Positions 36,245 to 44,495 of a stretch of DNA of 64,000 nt are shown in pieces. The DNA comes from Actinomycetota bacterium (lineage in GTDB: Bacteria > Actinomycetota > CADDZG01 > JAHWKV01). Location of the stretch: assembly GCA_019347715.1 (NCBI GenBank), contig JAHWKU010000007.1, forward strand, positions 8,349 through 72,348, in the 5' to 3' direction. The notes under the pieces were generated by a model that did no database searches, was not told where the DNA came from, and saw only the letters and a list, made by a program, of their open reading frames with translations. The stretch's first letter is position 1, and every line of letters starts with the position of its first letter. The translations under genes and the position numbers were made by a program.

Positions 36245-38484
36245 TCAAACAGGCCGAACGCTTCAGGCTTTTCGCGCTGACGGGACTTGCTTCTGCCGCC
36301 GTACTTTCCTACGCCAGGGTGCTGTCCGGAACTTCTTGGATATTCCCAACTCTCATCGCCGCATGGCTCTCGATCGCCGCCAGCCACGGGCTGCGGATGA
36401 CCCGTCTATGGAGACCAACCACATTCGTCGTGTCGCTGTTGCTGGGGACCTGGTTCGTGGCCCTAGTGGTCTTTCCGGAGACGACAATCGTCGCTATCCC
36501 AACCCCGAAAAGTATTGCGGAGATATTGCGGGCTTGCATGGATGCATGGCGAAGGAGCCGCGAGGAATTTTCACCAGTAGTTCCCGACGCGGGATTCCTG
36601 ACGTTATTGATGATGGCGGCGTGGATCTCCGGGGCCCTTTCCGTTCTGATCCTGAAAGCCTCATCTTCCCGCCAGTCCTTGACCGCAGCAGCTCCATGGG
36701 CTGCGTTGTTCGGGTATGCGGCTGCCGTTGGTACCCAGCCTGGAAGACAGCTGTACGTGGCCCTGTTTCTGGCAGGACTGATCGTGTTCGTTTTCAGCGA
36801 CTCGTGGCGGTCGATCATCCGGACCCCCCACTTCAGCGGCATCAGTTCCGCAATCAAAGAACCCAGAATTGGAGAACAGGCTTCCATGGCCACGAAGATC
36901 GGCCTTTTTTCGATTGTCGGAGCGTTTGTAATTCCGATGGTGATTCCAGGGTACGGATCAACCGGCCTCATCTCATGGGGAGATGCGGGACCGTCGAAGC
37001 GCATTGAGATCAGTCCGTTCGTCCAGATCGCCCCGCGTTTGAATGAAGATACGCAGACCACGCTGTTTACCGTAAAAGCCGACGCACCGGCGTACTGGCG
37101 CTTGACCTCGCTCAATCGTTTCGATGGACACACCTGGGAGCTGCAGGGAGATTTCGAAAGGGCCGGACGCAGGATCGAACTGAGAAATCCGCCGGTTTCG
37201 CCTGGGGCAGAGATGACCCAGAACTACCGTATCTTTGGCTTAGCCGGAAGCTGGGTGCCGGCAGCGTACGCTCCAAGATCGATCAACGGGTTGAAGATCC
37301 TGGTAGACCCAGTCAGGGACACTCTTCTCACTGACTCGCTTGTTCCCGAGACTCGCTTCACAGTCGTATCCGTGATGCCGGCCCCGACTGCAGAGCAACT
37401 GCAAGCTGCTGGAGTGAGCGGAGGTCCTTCCGAGTTCTTGGAACTTCCCTCCAACCTTCCTCCTCAGATCCAGGAGCTCAGTCGTCAAATAGCGCAGAGG
37501 GCTGCAACTCCATACGATCAGGCCCTCGCCATCCAGGAATACCTGAGACGGTTCACGTACAGCGAAGAGGTCCCTCCTGGTCACTCGGCCGACTATCTAG
37601 TGCGTTTTCTATTTCAACTGAAATCGGGCTACTGCGAGCAATTCGCAGGATCGATGGCTGTCATGCTTCGTACGCTCGGCATCCCCGCGAGGGTCGCGGT
37701 CGGTTTCCTTCCCGGTCAACAAACCGGCGACACCTTTACCATCACCAACAGAGAGGCTCACGCGTGGCCGGAGGCCTTTTTCTCCGGCGTCGGCTGGGTG
37801 GCCTTCGAGCCAACGCCTAGGGCGGAAGCCGCGCCTCCGGCCTATGCATCCCCTGCTCCAGCCGAAGTAGACGAGCAGCCCCAGGATCCGGTGCCTCCGG
37901 CAGAAGTCCCCGTGGAAGATCCCCCTCCAGACTTTGCCAACGAACTCGAACCCGTCCCGGAACCTCCTGCGTCCGCCGATCGCCCCATCGACTTCGCGTG
38001 GAGGGTTACCGTCCGCATCTTGATGGGCTCTGCGATTGTGCTGCTGCTGCTGTTTGTGTCGAAGCAGGCCTTTTTACTGATCCCTTTGGCTGGAGCCTCG
38101 ACTCCTGCACAGCAGGCTTCGGCATCCATGAGGGAGTTTCTCGCCCGAGCTGCAGATGCGTTCCGGCCCCGCCGGAGGTCAGAAACCTATCTGGAGTATG
38201 TCTATGCGGTGGCAGATTCCACCCAGATTCCGGTTGAGGACATGGCTCCGCTCGTAGACACCCACCATCTCTTCGTCTATTCCACAGATACCGTGGACGA
38301 ATTGGCAGCAACCCAAGCCAAACGTGCCCTCAAGGCAGTTCGAGGAAGGTTCTGGAAAACCTCAGGATGGTGGACCCGGATTCGGATCCTGTTTTCACCA
38401 AAACCGCTGGCCGCAGCTGCCTTTCAGCGAGTTGCCCTGGTCCGTTCCTCGATCAGGGCGTCCTCAGCAGCGCGCAGCGTCTGA
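36193..38484 (+). CDS. Transglutaminase-like domain membrane protein (TgpA-like)
   Basis: Multi-TM N-terminus and a transglutaminase core (…SGYCEQFAGSMAVMLRTLGIPARVAVGF…EAHAWPEAFFSGVGWVAFEPTP). True start is probably a GTG/TTG nearer 36240. Confidence 0.85.
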   Translation: MGREAGGPACSPRRRSLIKQAERFRLFALTGLASAAVLSYARVLSGTSWIFPTLIAAWLSIAASHGLRMTRLWRPTTFVVSLLLGTWFVALVVFPETTIVAIPTPKSIAEILRACMDAWRRSREEFSPVVPDAGFLTLLMMAAWISGALSVLILKASSSRQSLTAAAPWAALFGYAAAVGTQPGRQLYVALFLAGLIVFVFSDSWRSIIRTPHFSGISSAIKEPRIGEQASMATKIGLFSIVGAFVIPMVIPGYGSTGLISWGDAGPSKRIEISPFVQIAPRLNEDTQTTLFTVKADAPAYWRLTSLNRFDGHTWELQGDFERAGRRIELRNPPVSPGAEMTQNYRIFGLAGSWVPAAYAPRSINGLKILVDPVRDTLLTDSLVPETRFTVVSVMPAPTAEQLQAAGVSGGPSEFLELPSNLPPQIQELSRQIAQRAATPYDQALAIQEYLRRFTYSEEVPPGHSADYLVRFLFQLKSGYCEQFAGSMAVMLRTLGIPARVAVGFLPGQQTGDTFTITNREAHAWPEAFFSGVGWVAFEPTPRAEAAPPAYASPAPAEVDEQPQDPVPPAEVPVEDPPPDFANELEPVPEPPASADRPIDFAWRVTVRILMGSAIVLLLLFVSKQAFLLIPLAGASTPAQQASASMREFLARAADAFRPRRRSETYLEYVYAVADSTQIPVEDMAPLVDTHHLFVYSTDTVDELAATQAKRALKAVRGRFWKTSGWWTRIRILFSPKPLAAAAFQRVALVRSSIRASSAARSV

Positions 38485-38921
38485 ACAAATTCCTCCCGGT
38501 CGTGGAGAAACTCGGCCACGCTTCTGTCCAGCTTCCTCGTTATCTCGTCCAGAGCCAGGAAGAACGCCATTTGACCTTGGCGCAGCGCGTCCAGAACCTC
38601 TCCGTCGTTCCTGGCCACCTCGAAGATGCTTTGTCCGTCCGTTATCAGCTTGATACCCGCCAGATGTTCCTCGAGGCCGGCCTTGTCTCGCAGATATTTG
38701 TAGGCGCGCCGGACCTTTTGCAGCGACATGCCTCCTTCCAGCAACGCCTTGACTACCTTTAAGGCAACCAGGTCCCGGAAAGAGTAGAGACGCCGCACGC
38801 CGGGGCGTCCCCCTGTTGATTGGATACTTGGCCTTACGAGCCCTATTTGATCCCAATAGCGAAGCTGGTGAGGCGTACAACCCGTTAGGCGGGAAGCCTG
38901 AAGGACGCCGAAGCCTTCCAC
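38424..38921 (-). CDS. MerR-family transcriptional regulator
   Basis: N-terminal HTH (LQASRLTGCTPHQLRYWDQIGLV…GRPGVRRLYSFRDLVAL) and C-terminal coiled-coil. Confidence 0.8.
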   Translation of the reverse strand: MEGFGVLQASRLTGCTPHQLRYWDQIGLVRPSIQSTGGRPGVRRLYSFRDLVALKVVKALLEGGMSLQKVRRAYKYLRDKAGLEEHLAGIKLITDGQSIFEVARNDGEVLDALRQGQMAFFLALDEITRKLDRSVAEFLHDREEFVQTLRAAEDALIEERTRATR

Positions 38922-38979
38922 TCGAATTCCCTTCTTGACTAGATCGGTCGGTTAAAAGCTACTCAGAATGTCGTGGGGA

Positions 38980-39008
38980 AGAAACTTTAGTAGTGACTCT
39001 GAGTTTCT
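38980..39008. promoter_or_regulatory. Inverted repeat AGAAACT-N15-AGTTTCT upstream of the MerR gene (candidate operator)
   Basis: Perfect 7-bp arms read directly from the sequence, about 60–85 nt upstream of the MerR start. Confidence 0.35.
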
Positions 39009-39116
39009 AGCAAAACGCGAAGCGTACGCGCAAGGCGCAGGGGGTTCTTTTTTGGACGCACGAGTAAGTTTTTTCGCGCCTGTAATCTTTTGGCAGGGAA
39101 AGCTCGCCTGGAGAAT

Positions 39117-39491
39117 TCAGTTTCGCTGATTCGGCTCGTCGGGCTTACCGTCTGACTGGCTTCCGCGAGCAGGGCCAAATAATTTTTGAAGGGGCGAAAC
39201 CTGCTTGACACTGGCCGTCTCCACGGCCCCCCTGCGCGCGTGGTGATAGGAAAAGGTGGCACCGGCTAGCATCACCAAAAAGGCGGCCGCTCCTACAGCT
39301 ACGGATTGTGTGAAGAAGAATGCTACGAGACCGGCAAACCCCAGTGAAAAGACCACGATACCGATCTTTACCTTCCGCGAGGTTTCGCCAGCGAGGCTGG
39401 TCGCGACGCCGCGAGCGAACTTCGGATCCTCGGTGATCAGCTGCTTTTCGATCTCCTGAAGGATCTGCTGCTCTTTGTCGGATAAGGGCAT
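39117..39491 (-). CDS. DUF3040-family small membrane protein
   Basis: MPLSDKEQQILQEIEKQLITEDPKFA… followed by two TM helices is the typical DUF3040 architecture. Confidence 0.7.
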   Translation of the reverse strand: MPLSDKEQQILQEIEKQLITEDPKFARGVATSLAGETSRKVKIGIVVFSLGFAGLVAFFFTQSVAVGAAAFLVMLAGATFSYHHARRGAVETASVKQVSPLQKLFGPARGSQSDGKPDEPNQRN

Positions 39492-39552
39492 ATTGGCAAC
39501 CTCGAAACTGCTCTAACGATTATATGTCGGCCTGCTATTTTGGGAGGCGGTG

Positions 39553-40731
39553 TCAATCCGAGGACTCCAGGAGCACCCCAAACTCGATAGCCTCTTCCCC
39601 AAATCGTCTCCTGACGAGATCCAGCGTTCGATCGGCATCCGACCAGCCGGCCGCAGGGTCGAAAGACAGTTGCTCGGACGGAGGCCAGTCCTTCAGGTTC
39701 GACAATGAGACGCCAAGCAACCGGATCCTAGGATGACCGGACGCTCCCCCGCCTGAAAGAACCCTTGAGATGAGGTCTCTCACCACCAGATAAATCGATC
39801 TGGCTCCATCAACTTCGGCCGGCAAGGTCACCGAACGCGTGATGGTCGTGAAGTTCGAGAATCGCACCTTGAGGGTGACCGTTTGTCCACTTATCCCCCG
39901 GGCTCTCAACCTAGAAGCAACTCTGTCGGACAGCTTTAGCAGGACACGCAGGATCTCACCTGTGTCGGTAAGGTCCCTTTCGAACGTCTCTTCGGCCCCC
40001 ATCGACTTGCGGGGAGAATCGGCTACGACACCTCTATCGTCGATGCCTCTGGCGAGCCGGGCGATATGACCTCCAAGGGACCCCAAGGCTCTTTCGAGGC
40101 TCGACTGAGGCAAATTAACAACATCACCGATAGTCCGAAGTCCAAATCTCTTCAGGATCGAAGCAGTCTCGGTCCCAACCCCCCACAGAGCTTCCACCGG
40201 CAGAGGACGCAGGAACTCGTCCACTTCGTCCGGATGGATCAGAACCATCCCATCCGGCTTGGAATGCTTGGACGCCAGTTTCGCAAGGAATTTATTCGGC
40301 GCAATACCAACCGAGACCGATAGCCCTGTCTGGCCGAGCACGTCATCTCTCAAGCCCTTTGCCATTTCTTCTGGTCCGGCCCACATCTTGCTCGCTCCTG
40401 AGACGTCGAGGAAGGCTTCGTCCAAAGACAATGGCTCAACCACCGGCGAGAACGAATCGAAGACTCGGCGCACTTCTTTGGACTTCACGGCGTACATCTC
40501 GAAGTCCGGCTGGATGAAAATGGCATTGGGACACAACCTGCGCGCCCTGGAAGTTGGCATCGCCGAGTGGATCCCATACTTTCTCGCCTCATAAGAAGCC
40601 GAAGTCACTACTCCCCTGGACGACGTCCCGCCAACGATCACGGGCTTACCTTTGAGTTTCGGCTCCCGAAGCACTTCGACGCTTGCATAAAAGGCATCCA
40701 GATCGGCGTGCATGACCGGCGTGGACCATAC
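39553..40731 (-). CDS. dinB: DNA polymerase IV (Y-family, catalytically intact)
   Basis: VMHADLDAFYASVE (catalytic Asp), SLDEAFLDV (catalytic D-E), little finger domain. Start placed just after the dnaE2 stop. Confidence 0.88.
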   Translation of the reverse strand, partial: VWSTPVMHADLDAFYASVEVLREPKLKGKPVIVGGTSSRGVVTSASYEARKYGIHSAMPTSRARRLCPNAIFIQPDFEMYAVKSKEVRRVFDSFSPVVEPLSLDEAFLDVSGASKMWAGPEEMAKGLRDDVLGQTGLSVSVGIAPNKFLAKLASKHSKPDGMVLIHPDEVDEFLRPLPVEALWGVGTETASILKRFGLRTIGDVVNLPQSSLERALGSLGGHIARLARGIDDRGVVADSPRKSMGAEETFERDLTDTGEILRVLLKLSDRVASRLRARGISGQTVTLKVRFSNFTTITRSVTLPAEVDGARSIYLVVRDLISRVLSGGGASGHPRIRLLGVSLSNLKDWPPSEQLSFDPAAGWSDADRTLDLVRRRFGEEAIEFGVLLESSD

Positions 40732-40742
40732 GGGAGAAGACT

Positions 40743-43700
40743 TCACCTGCCGGCTGAACCTCCGCTCGAATGCCACAGCTTCTTGGGGGGGTCTTCGGGA
40801 CTGGACAGATCGATCACTTCTTCACCCAGGATAGAAACCCCCTTCTCTCCGGTTCGGCGAACGATGCCTCTGACCGCCAGTATCCATGAGTCGAAAACCT
40901 TCCTCGCGTACTTGGCCTGAACTTCTTCAAACAACGCGACATCGGCCTGACCGGTCCCGTCTTCGAGCGTTAGAAAGATCACTCGCTTGCCTGACTTAAC
41001 GGGGGGAGTTTGGGTTGCGACTTTGACGCCGGCGACCACAACTATTTTTCCTGATTTCTGCCGCCGAAGCTCCGAAGCTGGTGTCCAGCCAAGCGATTGC
41101 AATTGCCCGCGATAGAAAGAGATGAGATGGCGCGAAGCGTCCATCCCTATCACCTCAAGCTCGGCCTCGACCTTTTCTCTATCCGAATAGTCGCTGATGC
41201 CTGGGAGCTGGATTTCCTCTGGGCTGGATATGTTGAGTGCCATTTGCTCGGCCCTGCGCCGGATGCGCTCCGACCATCTCTCTTCGACCATCCAGAACAG
41301 CTCCCTTCTGGATCGCTTTCCTTTGATCGAGTCAAAGGCGCCACAATGGACAAGCGCTTCGACCACAGGCCTGGATGCCTCGGCTCTTTCACAGAAGTCC
41401 TGAAAGCTTCTCCACGGTCTGCCGTTCACGATCGATGAGACTTCCCCATCCGATATCCCCTTGACATCCTTGAGAGCCAGACGGATCGAAAGCGGCGGTT
41501 CTGTCCGGTATTCGGGGGCCGAGAGATTCACGTCCACTCCAAGTATCGAAACCCCATGCGAGCGGGCGTCGGCCAGGATCGCTCGTCGCGGGTACATGCC
41601 GGGATCGTGAGTCAACACTCCGCAGTAGAACTCGGCGGGAAAATGGGCCTTCAGCCAAGCGGACTGATAGGTGGGCACGGCAAAAGCGGCAGCATGAGCT
41701 TTACAGAATCCGAACGACGCGAACTGCAGTACGTCGGTCCAGATGTTCTCTGCCAGCTCTCGCTTCCATCCCCGGTCCGCCGCCATGGAGACAACTTCGT
41801 CCTTCAAAGCCTTTTGCTCTAAAGACAGTCCTGCCGGTTTTCCGCTTGCAGGATCGGGAGCCTCGAAGGTGTTGTCGAGCTGCCTGCGGATCTTGTCTGC
41901 TTTTTCCATTCCACAGCCGGTGAGGGCATCGATCACTTTCATCACCTGCTCGTGATAAACGATCACTCCCTTGGTCTCCTTCAGGATCTGGACCAAAGAT
42001 GGATGCGGATATGTCGTCGGCTCGAACCCATGCCGGCGCTCGAGGAAAGGCCGCACCATGTCGCTTTTGACGGGGCCCGGACGGAACAAGGAGATGTCGA
42101 TGATCAAGTCCTCGAACTGATCGGGCTGAAACTTCCCCAAAAGCTCTCTTTGCCCGGGACTCTCGATCTGAAAGCACCCCATGGTCCTCGAGTCCCTGAT
42201 CAACTCAAAGGTAGCCTGGTCTTTGATCTGCAAAACTCTCTGCTTGCCTCCAGGCTCTGGCTGAGGAGTGCCCCGGCGGCCGAAGGCTGAATCGATGTCC
42301 GGACGAAAGCCGCGGGTCCGTTCGATTTCGTCCATCGTATGAGTCATTGCCGAGAGCATCCGGATGCCGAGAACGTCGAGCTTCGCGATCCCGAGGGCCT
42401 CGATGTCGTCCTTGTCGAACTGACTCATGAGAAAACCCTCGAAAGAGCTCTGCATCGGCATCAGGTCTCGCAGGCTCTCGTCGGAGAGGATCACAGCAGA
42501 GGGATGGAGCGCGAGATGACGGGGGTAGGAGTCGAGCCGGCTTGCAAGTTCGAACAGCACCTCCAGCTTCGACTGATTGAGCCCGGCAGCGGCGACTTCG
42601 GGAAGCCCCTCCAGAGCCTGAGGGATCTTCGAAGCCGAGATGTAAGGAAACGTTTTGGCTATCAGATCGATTTCGCTCAGAGGGAGGCCGAGCGCCTTCC
42701 CCACTTCGCGAAGCGCCCCCCTGGCTCGGAAGGTATCCATCATTGCCACCATCGCGGTTCGCTCGCCGTAGGTGTCCAGGATGTATCGCAGCACTTGATC
42801 GCGTCGAGCCGACTCGAAGTCGATGTCGATATCGGGGATCTCTCTGCGGTACCGATTCATGAATCGCTCGAATGAGAGGTTGTGGCGAATAGGGTCGACG
42901 TCCGAGATACCCAGCGCGTATGCGACAAGAGAACCGGCTGCGCTTCCCCGGCAAGAGCAGCGAATGCCGATCACGTTTCTTGCATGCTCGACGATGTCTG
43001 CGACTAAAAGGAAGTAACCGCAGAACCCGCCCCAGTGGATCATCTGCAGCTCCATCTGGAGACGCTCGTCGATTTCCTTGGTGATTTTGTGAAAACGGCT
43101 GCGCAGACCTTTCCAGCACGCGGCTGCCAGGATCTCGGTAGAGGACTTGGAACGATCGGGGCCCCCCTTTTCGGCGGGCAGGTCCGGGAAGTGAAACTCA
43201 CCTAGAGGCAGCTGGTATTCGCAACGATCGGCAATCAAGCGACTCGTCTCGATTGCTCCGGCAGTATGGAGACGAGCCATCTCGTTTTCGCTCTTGAGGC
43301 AGTACTCGGAATTCTCGCGAGGGGCCGTAGTCCTGCTTAGAGGGACGATCCGGCGTATGCAGTCGGCAATGTCATGCACCACTGCATCTCGGCGATCTAC
43401 ATAATGGACGTTGTTGGTGGCAACCATATTGGCGCCCAACGAACTTCCAAGGTCGGTCAGTTGTCTGTTTCTTTGATAATCGTCGTGCCGCAGATGGTTC
43501 GAGATCTCTAAGGCGAAATCTTGCACGCCGAACACATCCAGCCATCGCCTCGCGGCCTGTTCGGCGATCTCTGTCTGTCCAAGCGCGACATGCCAGTTGA
43601 CCTCGCCTTTGTCGCATCCCGAAAGGGCGATCAAGCCCTCCGAGTGATTTGCGATCTCCTCGAACGAAGTTCGTGGCCTCCGGCCCGGCTCGAGAGATTG

Positions 43701-44006
43701 CGCCCTGGAATCGAGGTGCATCTTGGTGACCAGCCGGCATAGGTTCGCCCATCCCTTTTTGTCTTTGGCCAAAAGGACGGCATGGAATCCATCGCCCCAT
43801 TCCAGTTCCGTTCCCAGGATCGGCCTTACGCCGAAGTGATTACACGCGAGCGTGAAACGCACTGCCCCGTACATGCCGTCGTGATCGGTGAGAGCAAGAG
43901 CATCCATTCCAAGCTCAGCTGCTCTCTCCGCCAGATCGCCTACATGGGCGGCTCCTTCTCTAAGCGAGTAATTCGAATGTGAATGGAGATGAACAAACCC
44001 ACTCAT
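40743..44006 (-). CDS. dnaE2: Error-prone DNA polymerase DnaE2 (ImuC-type second Pol III alpha)
   Basis: PHP N-terminus MSGFVHLHSHSNYSLREGA…ALTDHDGMYG. ~1090 aa, shorter than DnaE1. Adjacent to dinB with LexA-box-like sites upstream. Confidence 0.9.
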   Translation of the reverse strand: MSGFVHLHSHSNYSLREGAAHVGDLAERAAELGMDALALTDHDGMYGAVRFTLACNHFGVRPILGTELEWGDGFHAVLLAKDKKGWANLCRLVTKMHLDSRAQSLEPGRRPRTSFEEIANHSEGLIALSGCDKGEVNWHVALGQTEIAEQAARRWLDVFGVQDFALEISNHLRHDDYQRNRQLTDLGSSLGANMVATNNVHYVDRRDAVVHDIADCIRRIVPLSRTTAPRENSEYCLKSENEMARLHTAGAIETSRLIADRCEYQLPLGEFHFPDLPAEKGGPDRSKSSTEILAAACWKGLRSRFHKITKEIDERLQMELQMIHWGGFCGYFLLVADIVEHARNVIGIRCSCRGSAAGSLVAYALGISDVDPIRHNLSFERFMNRYRREIPDIDIDFESARRDQVLRYILDTYGERTAMVAMMDTFRARGALREVGKALGLPLSEIDLIAKTFPYISASKIPQALEGLPEVAAAGLNQSKLEVLFELASRLDSYPRHLALHPSAVILSDESLRDLMPMQSSFEGFLMSQFDKDDIEALGIAKLDVLGIRMLSAMTHTMDEIERTRGFRPDIDSAFGRRGTPQPEPGGKQRVLQIKDQATFELIRDSRTMGCFQIESPGQRELLGKFQPDQFEDLIIDISLFRPGPVKSDMVRPFLERRHGFEPTTYPHPSLVQILKETKGVIVYHEQVMKVIDALTGCGMEKADKIRRQLDNTFEAPDPASGKPAGLSLEQKALKDEVVSMAADRGWKRELAENIWTDVLQFASFGFCKAHAAAFAVPTYQSAWLKAHFPAEFYCGVLTHDPGMYPRRAILADARSHGVSILGVDVNLSAPEYRTEPPLSIRLALKDVKGISDGEVSSIVNGRPWRSFQDFCERAEASRPVVEALVHCGAFDSIKGKRSRRELFWMVEERWSERIRRRAEQMALNISSPEEIQLPGISDYSDREKVEAELEVIGMDASRHLISFYRGQLQSLGWTPASELRRQKSGKIVVVAGVKVATQTPPVKSGKRVIFLTLEDGTGQADVALFEEVQAKYARKVFDSWILAVRGIVRRTGEKGVSILGEEVIDLSSPEDPPKKLWHSSGGSAGR

Positions 44007-44090
44007 CGATCTTTGTGACGGCAATCAGAGGGTGGGATGCCGGACGCCCGGGGAGCGCACGGGGAGAGTTGCGGGCGCCCGGCTACTTGC

Positions 44091-44357
44091 TCAATCCCAC
44101 ACCCTTGCCATTCGCCATCGTGATTTCTCCCGGCCGGCGAGCCGGTCGAGACGGAGATCGTAGGTTCCTCCAGCGGCTTCGACTCTGAAGCACTCACGGT
44201 CCTTGGCCCGCCCTGCGTCCCAGGCTTCTCCGGCCTCCCGCCAGTACTTCAGCAGCCGGTTGATCGGATACCGCCGGCCCCTCCATCTAAAGGCGAGGGG
44301 GGCCCCAAGGACGCCTCCTAACTCCACCTCGATCGGGTCGTCGTACCGCTTGGTCAA
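44091..44357 (-). CDS. Small conserved-looking hypothetical protein (~88 aa), first gene of the putative SOS-regulated dnaE2 cassette
   Basis: The frame is open to 44516, but the LexA-like boxes fall inside that extension. A GAAGGTGAG-N3-TTG at 44357 gives …DPIEVELGGVLGAPLAFRWRGRRYPINRLLKYWREAGEAWD…CFRVEAAGGTYDLRLD…. Confidence 0.4.
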   Translation of the reverse strand: MTKRYDDPIEVELGGVLGAPLAFRWRGRRYPINRLLKYWREAGEAWDAGRAKDRECFRVEAAGGTYDLRLDRLAGREKSRWRMARVWD

Positions 44358-44384
44358 GCTCTCACCTTCTATGATTCTCCGTAA

Positions 44385-44400
44385 TCGAACATTTGTTCGG
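44385..44400. promoter_or_regulatory. Putative LexA (SOS) box TCGAACATTTGTTCGG
   Basis: Matches the actinobacterial SOS box TCGAAC-N4-GTTCGA at 11/12 positions. A second, weaker site (cGTACacctGTTCGg) lies at ~44413–44427. Confidence 0.55.
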
Positions 44401-44495
44401 AGGACTTGAAACCGTACACCTGTTCGGTAGGGCTTGTCAACTAGAGATCGGGGCGTTTGAGCTACCCTGACCCCCCCATCCAGGCTGGAGAAAAC

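Noticed and set aside
38941-39010. HspR/HAIR element next to the MerR-family gene
   Set aside because: The palindrome does not match CTTGAGT-N7-ACTCAAG, and there is no dnaK/clpB context.
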